DNA of 64,000 nucleotides, from NCBI GenBank assembly GCA_964454135.1, contig CAYVQL010000001.1, positions 84,977 to 148,976 on the forward strand, in the 5' to 3' direction. Under the pieces are notes generated by a model. It searched no databases. It worked only from the letters and a program-made list of their open reading frames with translations, and had not been told where the DNA came from. Of this stretch, positions 18,000-26,863 are shown piece after piece; positions within the stretch are counted from its first letter, which is position 1; each line of letters starts with the position of its first letter. Source of the stretch: an uncultured Enterobacterales bacterium (GTDB lineage: Bacteria; Myxococcota_A; UBA796; JAFGLY01). A program made the translations under genes and the position numbers.

Positions 18000-20462
18000 T
18001 TATTCCGAATCGGCCGGCGCAAACAGGAAGGGGTAGCTCACGATCACGATCCCGCCGCCCTTGGGCTCGGGGAACTGCATGCGCTGGAAGCGCGCCACCA
18101 GGCATGACTCCACCGCCGCATTGGCGAGGCTGCTCGACTTGATGGATGCGCTGGCGACCGTTCCGTCCTTGGCGATGACGAACTTCAGCACCACCTTGCC
18201 CTGCAAGCTCGGTTCCTTGGTCAGCTGTCGCTGGTAGCAGTAGCGGATGGCGTTCAGGTTGCGCCGCACCACGGCATCGATCAGCGTGCGGTCCAGGGCG
18301 CCCAGGATGATGGGAGAGCCGGAGGAATAGCGAATCTGGCCCTCGGATTTGAAGCCGAAGCTGCCGCCACCGCTGCCGTAGCCGGAGCTCCCGGAGCCGC
18401 GCCCCTTTGTGCCAAGTCCGGCGAGGGATCCCGCGCTGCCGCCCCCACCCAGGCCGCTCCCGCGCGAAGCCCGACCCGCGGAGCCGAACTGAACGCCCTT
18501 GGCGCCGATCACGCCGCCGATGCCTCCGAGCACAGCGCCGTGCGCCAGCTGGGCACCCCCCACCATGGAGACCCCCGCCGGCGCCATGTTGGGAACGCTC
18601 AGCTTCATGGTCGCCGGGGCGCAGCGGGAGGGTTGGTCGTCGACCGCGATCAGGCTTGTGTACTTGGAGACCAGGTGATGCTCCAGGGCCACCTCGGTCA
18701 CCTCCTGCCGCACCAGCTCGCCGCTGCGACCGCGCGGATACCACTCGATGTCGCGGATCTTGCGCCGCGCCCAGATGGAGCGCAGGCCCTCGTGGCGGCG
18801 CTCCACCATGGGCACCTCCAGAGGCAGCTCCCAGGCCACCCGCTCGCGACCGAGCATGCCACGCACGGTGATCACGGTGTTCAGCGTGTCCTCCTCCTCA
18901 GCCGGTTCGGGCTGGTAGCGCGCCACCACCCGTAAAGGCTGACCAGCCCAGAGATCGGGGATCTCCTTGGGGAACTGCTCGCTCACCTGCAGCGCGCCCC
19001 AGTGGATCTCCAGGTCCGACAGGGCGGGGTGGGCGATGCGGCTGTAGAACGCGTCCACAGCCTCGCCGATCTGCTTCGACCCGTAGTGGTAGATCACGTC
19101 GCCGCGGCCCATCTCCGCCAGGCCCTCCAGCAGGTAACGGTTGACGCTGGAGCCCACGCCCAGCGAGAACATGCGCGCGTTGCCCAGGTGCTGGCGCACC
19201 AGCCGGAACATCCTCTCCTCGCCGCCCACGTAGCCGTCGGTCAGCATCAAGACCAAGCGCATGGCCTGCGGATCTCCGGGCAGGTTCAGGGAGTGGATGA
19301 TCCCCTGGTCCATGTTCGTGCCGCCCCCCCTGAAGTGGCGCAGCCACTCGCGGGCCTGGGCGCGGGTGGCGGGGGTGGAGGGCTGGGGCCTCCGGAAAAG
19401 AGAGGTGGCGGCCCCGCTGAAGCGCACCAGGTTGAAGCTGTCCTCCGGGCCCATCTCGTCCAGCGCCAGGAGCACGGCCGCGCGAGCGGACTCGTAGGGC
19501 CAGCCGCTCATGGAGCCGGAGCTGTCGATCACGAAGAGCAGCTCCCTGGGCCGGGCGACGAAGTGCTCCCCCAGGTCCGGTGGTTCGAAGGTCACGGCGA
19601 TGACACCGGGTTCGTCGTCGCTGGGGCGATGGGCCAGCACCGCGGAGCGGGTGCGCTCCGCAGCCAGGGTCCAGCTGAGCACGAAGTCGCGATCGGGGAC
19701 GAGGACCTCGTCGGCCGTGCTGATCTCGGCCCCCCAGGAGCCCTCCTCCTGGACTGCGATGTCGTGGCTGTCGCTCCACAGTCCGGAGACGGGCACGCCT
19801 TCGTCGATGTAGACCGTGATGTCGACGCCCCTGCTCGGCTCGGCGACGTAGGGGGTCACCAGACGCGTGGCGTCCTCCACCCAGGGGGGCGAGAAGCGCG
19901 GGCCGGGCGTCATGGGAAAAGCCAGCTCGTAGATGCCGTCTTCGTATTGCAGCTGCTGTACGTACTGCAGCGTGATCCGGACCTCTTCACCTGGGCAGAG
20001 GTTGGCGATGCTCTGGGTGAAGAGGTTGTCGCGCTCCTGCTCCAGCAAGGCCGCCTTGCGGCCGTCTTTCTTGGCCTGCTCGTAGACCTCGCGCGCTGCG
20101 GCGCGCTCCATGATCCGGCCCTCGATCAGCCGGTCGCCGCAGACCAGGTCCATGCGGTCCACGGCGGCCATGGAAGGCAGGGGGAAGAGGTAGGTGGCCT
20201 CGAGCGTCTCTTCGTAGGGGTTGTGGAACCACTGCACCATGGTGACGCGTGCCAGGCCTGCATGGACTTCGGCCACCACGGAGCTGTGTTCCAACACAAG
20301 GGCGCCCAGGTCTTGCCCGGCCTGCACGCGGATCTCGCCCGCGGTGACCGGATCGCTCGCCAGGACCTCTGGCGGGTAGATGATGGGGTCGCGAAGATAA
20401 GGGATTTCGTCGGGAGCCTGAGCCATCACGGCGCCCGCCAGGGCCAGCGTGGGAAGGAGCAT
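18000..20462 (-). CDS. Secreted VIT plus von Willebrand factor A domain protein with a Gly/Ser-rich linker and a TonB-C-like AgmX/PglI-type C-terminal domain.
   Basis: Signal peptide MLLPTLALAGAVMAQA. vWA MIDAS motif LFVIDSSGSMSG. C-terminal block LDRTLIDAVVRRNLNAIRYCYQRQL...GKVVLKFVIAKDGTV...VESCLVARFQRMQFPEP. Confidence 0.8.
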   Translation of the reverse strand: MLLPTLALAGAVMAQAPDEIPYLRDPIIYPPEVLASDPVTAGEIRVQAGQDLGALVLEHSSVVAEVHAGLARVTMVQWFHNPYEETLEATYLFPLPSMAAVDRMDLVCGDRLIEGRIMERAAAREVYEQAKKDGRKAALLEQERDNLFTQSIANLCPGEEVRITLQYVQQLQYEDGIYELAFPMTPGPRFSPPWVEDATRLVTPYVAEPSRGVDITVYIDEGVPVSGLWSDSHDIAVQEEGSWGAEISTADEVLVPDRDFVLSWTLAAERTRSAVLAHRPSDDEPGVIAVTFEPPDLGEHFVARPRELLFVIDSSGSMSGWPYESARAAVLLALDEMGPEDSFNLVRFSGAATSLFRRPQPSTPATRAQAREWLRHFRGGGTNMDQGIIHSLNLPGDPQAMRLVLMLTDGYVGGEERMFRLVRQHLGNARMFSLGVGSSVNRYLLEGLAEMGRGDVIYHYGSKQIGEAVDAFYSRIAHPALSDLEIHWGALQVSEQFPKEIPDLWAGQPLRVVARYQPEPAEEEDTLNTVITVRGMLGRERVAWELPLEVPMVERRHEGLRSIWARRKIRDIEWYPRGRSGELVRQEVTEVALEHHLVSKYTSLIAVDDQPSRCAPATMKLSVPNMAPAGVSMVGGAQLAHGAVLGGIGGVIGAKGVQFGSAGRASRGSGLGGGGSAGSLAGLGTKGRGSGSSGYGSGGGSFGFKSEGQIRYSSGSPIILGALDRTLIDAVVRRNLNAIRYCYQRQLTKEPSLQGKVVLKFVIAKDGTVASASIKSSSLANAAVESCLVARFQRMQFPEPKGGGIVIVSYPFLFAPADSE

Positions 20463-20584
20463 GAGTGCCTCTTTTCGGGTTGCGATCCACAAGGACCACG
20501 GCCGAAGAAACGGGTTCGCCCGACCCTGTGAGGAGATTGTCAACCTATGTCACGTCGGCAGGCCTGCCTTCGTACGGGGTGTCT

Positions 20585-20624
20585 GGCAGCAGAAACATAG
20601 AACTCCGACAGGGTGTCAGGCACC
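20585..20624. repeat. Second copy of the intergenic module GGCAGcAGAAACaTAGAACTCC followed by GGGTGTCAGGCACC.
   Basis: A 22-mer matches 23044..23066 at 20 of 22 positions. GTGTCAGGCACC matches the arm end of the 27-bp inverted repeat. Both copies sit immediately upstream of minus-strand gene starts flanking the DUF3604 gene. Confidence 0.8.
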
Positions 20625-20647
20625 CGAATAGACAACCGAATTGCGCC

Positions 20648-22810
20648 CTACTCATCGAACCAGATCGGGCTGGACCAGGCCGTATTGCCGTCTCGTTGGC
20701 GCACTCGCAGGTAGCAGAGCTGCCCGGGTCGGGCCCGTTCATCGGTGACTGAAAAGCTGAGATCCATGGTGGCTGCGGGATGCTCTTCCCAGAGTACGGC
20801 GAATTCTCCGTCCGCCAGCTTGAGGATCTGTACGGCGTCCAGCAGGTCGGTGCCGTGCACGCGGCCCTCCAGCAGCACGGCGCGGGCGCCGTCCAGGGGC
20901 AGCGCGCCGCCCATGGGCGTTCCGCGGGCGCTGAAGCGCAGCAGCATGCGCGCGCCCGTGGTGGCGTAGGTGTGACGCCCTCTCATGCCTGTCCAGATCC
21001 CCTGGCGCGTCAGCTCGCGGGCGAGGACCGCGGCCAAGCCGGGCTTGTAGGCCTGGTCGATGTGACTGAGGTAGTGCATGTCGCTCGAGCCGACGAAGCC
21101 CATGCGCCAGCCGGCCTTCAGGGCGTCTTGGGCGAAGTTGCCGGAGTCGGAGGGGGCCTGGCGGATGTCGTAGCTCATCAGCTTCTTGACCAGCCCGCTC
21201 TCGGTAGGGGCCTCGGGGCGACCCTGGTCCACTGCGTACTCGTTGTCGTGGTACTCGCTGGCACCGTGGGCGCTGTAGATCTCCAGCAGGCCCTGCTGGG
21301 ACCAGTCCGCTGGACCCCAGTGGAAGGACACGTCTCCCGTGGGCCAAGCCGGCGAGTGGGGGATGACCAGGTAGTCGCGTCCTGCGAGAGTGGCCACGAG
21401 CTCGCTGGGATCCTGCTCGTCGGGCTTGCCCATGGCCGAGGGCAGGTTGTGATGCACCAGGGGGAGATCATCCTCGCCTGGGGCGTAGTAGATATTGCGG
21501 TGGCCGTAGAAGTAGCTGGTCCACTCGTAGCCCTTCAGGGACACGAACACGCCCGGCTCGTAGACCTCGTCGGCCAAGCGCTTGGTGTAGTCCCACTCGT
21601 CGGCGCTCAGGCCCATGGTGCCCGTCTTGGGGGCGAAGGGCACCGCACCGATCATGTCGTGGTCGGTGAGGACGGCGAAGTCGAAGCGTTCCTGGTGCCT
21701 ATGGCGCCACCACACGGTCTCGGGCGGCCGATCCGCGTCGATGGAGAGGATGGAGTGGCTGTGGGTGTCGCCGAAGTAGACGTGGGGCTGGTCCGGAGCC
21801 AGGATCGCGATGGGATTCGAACGGACCGCAAACTGCCGCCCGTCGATCTCGGCATGCCCCCTGATTCGGTAGACCCCCGGCTCGCCCCGTGCGGTGACCC
21901 GCAGCTCCGTCAGGCAGCCCTGCCAGCTCTCATGGTCGCCGGCCAGGGAGATCTCCGCGGGGAATTCCAGGGCCTGCAGGGGATCGAGAACGACCCGCCC
22001 GCGCGTGAAGCGCGCCAGGTTGGGCAGGAAGTAGTCATCCTCCACCCGTAGCAGCAATCGGGCCCCCTCTCCCGGTGCCAGGCTGGCCGGTGCCAGCAGC
22101 GTCACCTGTGCCGGCCATGCCGAGAAGGCGTCAAAGCTGGGCGCGTCCTCCAGCAGGGCGAACTCGCCATCTCCATCCGCGTCCAGCCGTGTCAGGATAC
22201 GCATGCTGGCCTCACGCGAAGGCGCCTCGAATCCCCCGTTCGCCCCCAGGGTGATGTGCAGGCTGTCCCCGGGTTGCAGCTCGCCTTTCTCCACGGTGAT
22301 GCGTAGCAGGCGTTCGTTGTCCTGCTGCCGCTGCAAGGCGTCCCGCGAGGCCTGGCCCAGCTCGCTGCGCTTGTACTTGATGTAGCGGAACAGGTCCTTC
22401 AGAGCGCCCAGGCGGCGCGGCTCCTCCACGCGCAGCTGCACATCCTCGCGGCTGGCCTCCACCTGCGCGTCTTGCAGCAGGTCGATGCCGAAGAACACGG
22501 CCGAGGGCGCCGAGATGGAGAAGGGCGTGTAGGTGCGCTGTGCGGTGGGCAGCACATGGCCCAGCCCGATCTTCAGCCCCCCGCCCTGGGCCACCCCTGC
22601 CTGGCCGGCCTCGAAGACCAGCTCGATGCGGTTGTCGGCCAAGACCGACTGACCGGCGATACGCCAGTCACCTGACAAGAGCTCCAGCGAGCCGATCTTG
22701 TCGGCAGGCAGCTTGGAGAAGAGGATGGGCTCGTCGTAGGGACGGAGGAAGACACAGCTCGGCAGCAGCAGTGCGGCGAGCGCAGGCAGGGTGAGATGGG
22801 AAGGGACCAT
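20648..22810 (-). CDS. DUF3604-family (PHP-like metal-dependent phosphoesterase fold) lipoprotein.
   Basis: Lipobox LLLPSC. Conserved YFGDTHSHS motif and the surrounding DUF3604-like blocks. Confidence 0.7.
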   Translation of the reverse strand: MVPSHLTLPALAALLLPSCVFLRPYDEPILFSKLPADKIGSLELLSGDWRIAGQSVLADNRIELVFEAGQAGVAQGGGLKIGLGHVLPTAQRTYTPFSISAPSAVFFGIDLLQDAQVEASREDVQLRVEEPRRLGALKDLFRYIKYKRSELGQASRDALQRQQDNERLLRITVEKGELQPGDSLHITLGANGGFEAPSREASMRILTRLDADGDGEFALLEDAPSFDAFSAWPAQVTLLAPASLAPGEGARLLLRVEDDYFLPNLARFTRGRVVLDPLQALEFPAEISLAGDHESWQGCLTELRVTARGEPGVYRIRGHAEIDGRQFAVRSNPIAILAPDQPHVYFGDTHSHSILSIDADRPPETVWWRHRHQERFDFAVLTDHDMIGAVPFAPKTGTMGLSADEWDYTKRLADEVYEPGVFVSLKGYEWTSYFYGHRNIYYAPGEDDLPLVHHNLPSAMGKPDEQDPSELVATLAGRDYLVIPHSPAWPTGDVSFHWGPADWSQQGLLEIYSAHGASEYHDNEYAVDQGRPEAPTESGLVKKLMSYDIRQAPSDSGNFAQDALKAGWRMGFVGSSDMHYLSHIDQAYKPGLAAVLARELTRQGIWTGMRGRHTYATTGARMLLRFSARGTPMGGALPLDGARAVLLEGRVHGTDLLDAVQILKLADGEFAVLWEEHPAATMDLSFSVTDERARPGQLCYLRVRQRDGNTAWSSPIWFDE

Positions 22811-22930
22811 GGCCCGAGTCTAACCGGCGTGCTTGTCAGGATAGGGTGTCATTGGGTGCAGCCGTCGTCGGCGTGCACATTGGGATCGCGGTCGTCGCAA
22901 TCCAGGCCCAGGGCCGCGTAGCTCGGAAAG

Positions 22931-22988
22931 GGTGTCAGGCACTAGGAATTGATACCTAATCAGGTATCAATTCCTAGTGCCTGACACC
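22931..22988. repeat. Perfect 27-bp inverted repeat (hairpin with 4-nt loop), AT-rich relative to the genome.
   Basis: GGTGTCAGGCACTAGGAATTGATACCT aatc AGGTATCAATTCCTAGTGCCTGACACC. Both arms are exact complements. Confidence 0.9.
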
Positions 22989-23066
22989 TGAACCCTGTAC
23001 TGAACTTGACACCTGAACCCCATAGTGCCTGGCACCCCAGTCCGGGCAGTAGAAACCTAGAACTCC
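22982..23066. repeat. Cluster of short direct repeats (TGACACCTGAACC twice; GTGCCTG[A/G]CACC variants) plus the GGCAGtAGAAACcTAGAACTCC motif.
   Basis: Read directly from the sequence. The last motif recurs at 20585..20606 with two mismatches. Confidence 0.8.
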
Positions 23067-24118
23067 TGGCACCCTACCGCAACCTGGGGCAGCAGCAGCG
23101 TCGTGTCGGCGGAGTGCAGCCAGGTCTCCCTCAGCCGGATGCTCACGAGGCTCTCGGGGATCGTCGCTGCCTGCTCTTCGGCTCGCTGCACGGCGAACAC
23201 CGTGCCTTGCAGGATCCAACCCACCTGGGTCGGGTTGGTGCCTGCCGGCTGCGCGAACAGGGGCTGGCGATCCGAGCAGGCCTGCCAGCGCGGCTCCGGC
23301 CGCGGTCCCGTGCGACGCGCGCCCAGGCCGCCCACGCCGTAGGCCAGACCGGGGTCCTCGCGGCTCGCTGCGAGCCACCCCAGCCAGACGGTGCCGGTGT
23401 AGTGGTCTCCGAGCACCACGCGCAGCCAGCCCTCGCGTTCTTCGAGCACCTCCACGTCCTGCGCCTCCAGGCCCGGCTGCACATGGCCCAGGATCTCGCC
23501 CGCGGGACTGGCCCGCAGCGGCAGCGCGTCGGGGACCCGGATCCAGGCCCTGCGGATCGGCTCCAGCCCGAGGGAGGCCAGGCGTGCGTCGCCGCCGTCA
23601 GGCGCGCCTGCGGGGCGGATGAGCGACAGCGCGTCGCAGGAGACCTGCTGGTCCACCGAGCCCACGGGCTGGAAGACTGTGAAGGCATGGCTCGACGGGC
23701 GTACGACCACGCGGTCCCTCTCGCCACCGACCACCCGCAGGTCGGCATCCAGGGCCATGAAGCCCACCTGGCCCAGCGCGATGCGCTTGGCAGCGTAGAG
23801 CACCTCGCGCTCGGTGGCCTCGACGTCGGCCCACACCAGCAGCCCGTCGCCCGCAACCACCACTTCGAGCCAGGCCGACCCCCGCCACACCAGATCGGCG
23901 TCCACCTGGGGCCAGCTCGACGCTCCGTAGCCAGTCTGCGCGAACACCGGTCCTCCGCCCGGCAGGCGGAGCTCCAGGGATCGCGGGTGCACCGGGGCGC
24001 TGAAGCGACACAGGAGAGATCCCGCTTTCGCGCGATCCTCCATGGTCGGGAGCGCTGCCTGGCGGACGCTGGCGCAGGCGATGCCCAGGATCGCGGACGC
24101 TGCCAGGATGCGGTGCAT
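23057..24118 (-). CDS. Secreted hypothetical protein.
   Basis: Internal ATG gives the signal peptide MHRILAASAILGIACASV. The competing overlapping frame is Pro/Arg-rich. Confidence 0.55.
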   Translation of the reverse strand: MHRILAASAILGIACASVRQAALPTMEDRAKAGSLLCRFSAPVHPRSLELRLPGGGPVFAQTGYGASSWPQVDADLVWRGSAWLEVVVAGDGLLVWADVEATEREVLYAAKRIALGQVGFMALDADLRVVGGERDRVVVRPSSHAFTVFQPVGSVDQQVSCDALSLIRPAGAPDGGDARLASLGLEPIRRAWIRVPDALPLRASPAGEILGHVQPGLEAQDVEVLEEREGWLRVVLGDHYTGTVWLGWLAASREDPGLAYGVGGLGARRTGPRPEPRWQACSDRQPLFAQPAGTNPTQVGWILQGTVFAVQRAEEQAATIPESLVSIRLRETWLHSADTTLLLPQVAVGCQEF

Positions 24119-24313
24119 GGTTGCTCCGGCGTTGGAGAATTCGCCCTGGTGCATAGGCCGCTCCCGAACCCCGGGCCAGCCCACCTCGGATGTCGACCCT
24201 CCCAGGCAGTGTTGGGCAAGCTTGCGGGGCGAGACCTGCTTGCATCGAGGTCACCCGAACGCACGGGTTTGCAGAATGTGGGGGAGGGGGGGCGCCTTTC
24301 TGCGTCCGGCTCG

Positions 24314-26326
24314 CTAGAGCCCCCAGTCCAGCTTCAACCGCGGCTGCCGCTCGGGCAGCCAGGCCAGGGACGAGGCGAAGCGCCAGCCCTGCTCGAAGCC
24401 ACGTTGGAACGCCGCCTCGTCGGACTGGGTGACGCGGATGCTCAGCCGTCGCAGCCGGCCGCCGTGCAGCTCGGCCAGGGCGGCACCCAGACCCCAGCCG
24501 GCGTGCTCCGCAGGCAGGTCCTCGTGCCAGACCTCGCAGTCTGGGCCCCAGGCCAGGCTCATGTCCTCGGCGCTCTGGGGCACGCCGGGCGCCTGGCAGA
24601 TGCGGCTGGCCAAGGCCCCGCGGCCCAGGGCCAGCAGCGCCCCGACGGTCTCGGCTTCTGCGGGGGGCAGGGCGTCCAGCCCGTCCAGGGCCAGCTCGCC
24701 CTGCAGCCCGCCGCTGGCGAAGAGCAGCCCGCGGCCATGGCACCAGCAGCTCTCGCGCAGCGCGGCCGGGGTGCTGGCCTGCAGCGGCAGCCCTTGGGCC
24801 ACGCCCTCCAGCCAGGGCCCGAAGCGCTGCCCGCTCTGCTCGCGCTGCAGCGCGACCACGCCGGCGGCCTGACCACGTTGCCAGGCGTGGCGTGCGGCGC
24901 CCTCGGCGGGCAGGGGGATCTGCTTGAAGGCGGCTCCGGCCGTGCGGTCGCCGGCCGTCACCACGTAGCTGGGATCGCCTGCCAGCAGGCCGGCGGTGAA
25001 GGGCACCAGGGGCAGGGGCGTGGCCCTGCTGATGCGCTCCAGCAGCTCGCGATCGCCTCGCAGGCGCTCCAGCTGGAAACACCAGTCGGGCGCCAAGCGG
25101 CGCTGGGGCAGGGACCAGGCGGCTTCAGACAGGAAGCGGGCGCGGCTCAGGCCCCCGGGTAGCAGCAGCAGGGCCAGGGCCAGCAGGCCCGCCGCGCGCC
25201 ACCAGCCTCTCCGGCGCCAGAGCGCCCCGGCGCCCACACCTCCCAGCAGCAGGGCGGCCGGCGCTACGACGCCCAGGTAGCGCAGCTGTTGGGGGAAGGG
25301 CACCGAGCTGCCGTCCATCCAGACCCCCAACCGGAAGCTGCAGTACAGCAGCAGGAAGAGCGCTGGCGCGGCCAGGGCCAGCAGCGCGCTGCGGCGGTCT
25401 CGCAGCCCGTCTTTCGTCGGCCCCTCTCTCTTCAGCGCCAGGGCGCAGCCCGCTGCCAGCAGCAGCCAGCCAGCAAAGGCCGGCAGCCCCAGCCAGCTGG
25501 GGCCGCCCACGTCCCCCCAGATGCCCCGCAGCTGCAGCGGATGCAGCAGCGAGCTTACGTTGCGCAGCGTCCAGTCCAGGGAGAGCCGCCACTCCTCGGC
25601 CTGGTAGATGGGCTCGATGGGCCAGGCGCCGGTCAGCAGGCGGATGCGGTACAGCGGTGCGGCCCCGGCCAGCAGCGCAGCGGGCAGCAGCAGGGCTCGC
25701 AGGCCCCAAAGGCGCAGGCCGCCCCGGGCCAGCAGCAGGGTCAAGAGCAGCAGCGGCGGGCCCAGCACCAGGGAGCGCAGGAAGTAGAGCCCGAAGCCCG
25801 CCAGCAGGGCCTGCAGCAGCAGCAGCAGCTCTCGCAGGGCGGGTCGCCGCACCCCCAGCGCCAGGGCGGCCAGGGCCAGTTGAGCTGCCAGCAGGGCGCC
25901 CCCCTCGGGGTGATTGCCGTTGCTCACCAGCGCCAGCTCCTGGTAGCAGGGAGGCGCCAGGGCGAAGAACAGGGCGCAGCAGGTGGCCCCCGCGCGGCCG
26001 GCGGCGCGCCAGGCCACCAGCGTGCAAGCTGCCAGGGCCAGCGCGAACCAGAACAGCCCCACCAGGCGCCAGGCCAGGATGCTGGGTCCCAGGAGGGAGA
26101 AAAAGCCCGTCCCCAGCAGGGCGTCCGCCGCGCAGCCACCGCAGAAGGGCTGGTACTGCAGGGGCAGGGCCAGGTCCGGACCGGTGCTGCGCAGGATCCA
26201 GGCATGGGCTGCGTTGTAGAGCTCTTCCTTTTCGTGCATGCCCGGCGCGCGGGCCATGGCCGCCAGCAGCTGCAGCAGCAGCGCTGCAAGGGCGGTGAAC
26301 AGGGGGATGAGCCGGCGGGGGCGCAT
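24314..26326 (-). CDS. Polytopic integral membrane protein (about 10 TM helices) with a C-terminal soluble domain; putative membrane glycosyltransferase (GT39/GT83-like).
   Basis: Long run of hydrophobic helices over the first roughly 400 aa, then a soluble region of about 270 aa. The antisense ORF is Gln/Gly-rich garbage. Confidence 0.55.
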   Translation of the reverse strand: MRPRRLIPLFTALAALLLQLLAAMARAPGMHEKEELYNAAHAWILRSTGPDLALPLQYQPFCGGCAADALLGTGFFSLLGPSILAWRLVGLFWFALALAACTLVAWRAAGRAGATCCALFFALAPPCYQELALVSNGNHPEGGALLAAQLALAALALGVRRPALRELLLLLQALLAGFGLYFLRSLVLGPPLLLLTLLLARGGLRLWGLRALLLPAALLAGAAPLYRIRLLTGAWPIEPIYQAEEWRLSLDWTLRNVSSLLHPLQLRGIWGDVGGPSWLGLPAFAGWLLLAAGCALALKREGPTKDGLRDRRSALLALAAPALFLLLYCSFRLGVWMDGSSVPFPQQLRYLGVVAPAALLLGGVGAGALWRRRGWWRAAGLLALALLLLPGGLSRARFLSEAAWSLPQRRLAPDWCFQLERLRGDRELLERISRATPLPLVPFTAGLLAGDPSYVVTAGDRTAGAAFKQIPLPAEGAARHAWQRGQAAGVVALQREQSGQRFGPWLEGVAQGLPLQASTPAALRESCWCHGRGLLFASGGLQGELALDGLDALPPAEAETVGALLALGRGALASRICQAPGVPQSAEDMSLAWGPDCEVWHEDLPAEHAGWGLGAALAELHGGRLRRLSIRVTQSDEAAFQRGFEQGWRFASSLAWLPERQPRLKLDWGL

Positions 26327-26335
26327 GGGTGGGGA

Positions 26336-26863
26336 CTAACCGTCAGGGCGCAGGCGGGGCCCCGCACAGCGCCAAGCCGCCAGATCCAGCTCCAGGTACA
26401 CCACGTCGTTCAGGGGATTCTCGCGGTAAGGCGCGATGGGCTGAAAGCCCATGGAGCGGTAGAGCTCCAGCGCCGGCGCCAGGCGCGCCAGGCTGTCCAG
26501 GCGCATGCGGCGATAGCCGGCCCGCTGCGCCCGTGCGACGCTCAGCTCGGCCAGCTGTCGGCCCAGCCCGTTCCCCAGCCAGCGCGGCCGCACGTACAGG
26601 CGCTTCATCTCGCAGGTGGCGCCTGCGGATTCTTCGGGGGATCCCCAGGGGCGCATGGCCACGCAGCCCGCCGCCTCTCCCCCTTCGCTGGCCAGCAGCA
26701 GGCAGCCCTGGGGCGGTGCGTAGCGCCCGGGCAGCTCCGCCAGTTCGCGATCGAAGTCCTGGAATCCCAGGTCGAAGCCCAGCAGCTGCTGGTATTCGCG
26801 AAACAGCGCGCGCAGCTGCCGCAGCTGCGCGGTCGAGGTGGCGTCTGCGATGCCCAAGCTCAC
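26336..26863 (-). CDS. GNAT-family N-acetyltransferase.
   Basis: GTG start overlapping the upstream stop (GTGA). Acetyl-CoA binding block RPRWLGNGLGRQL. Confidence 0.75.
   Translation of the reverse strand: MSLGIADATSTAQLRQLRALFREYQQLLGFDLGFQDFDRELAELPGRYAPPQGCLLLASEGGEAAGCVAMRPWGSPEESAGATCEMKRLYVRPRWLGNGLGRQLAELSVARAQRAGYRRMRLDSLARLAPALELYRSMGFQPIAPYRENPLNDVVYLELDLAAWRCAGPRLRPDG

Noticed and set aside
23018-23070. TGGCAC-containing sequences (CTGGCACCCTACCGCAA and similar) as sigma-54 promoters.
   Set aside because: The GG-to-GC spacing is 9 rather than 10 nt and there is no TTGC -12 element. The orientation points away from any plus-strand gene.
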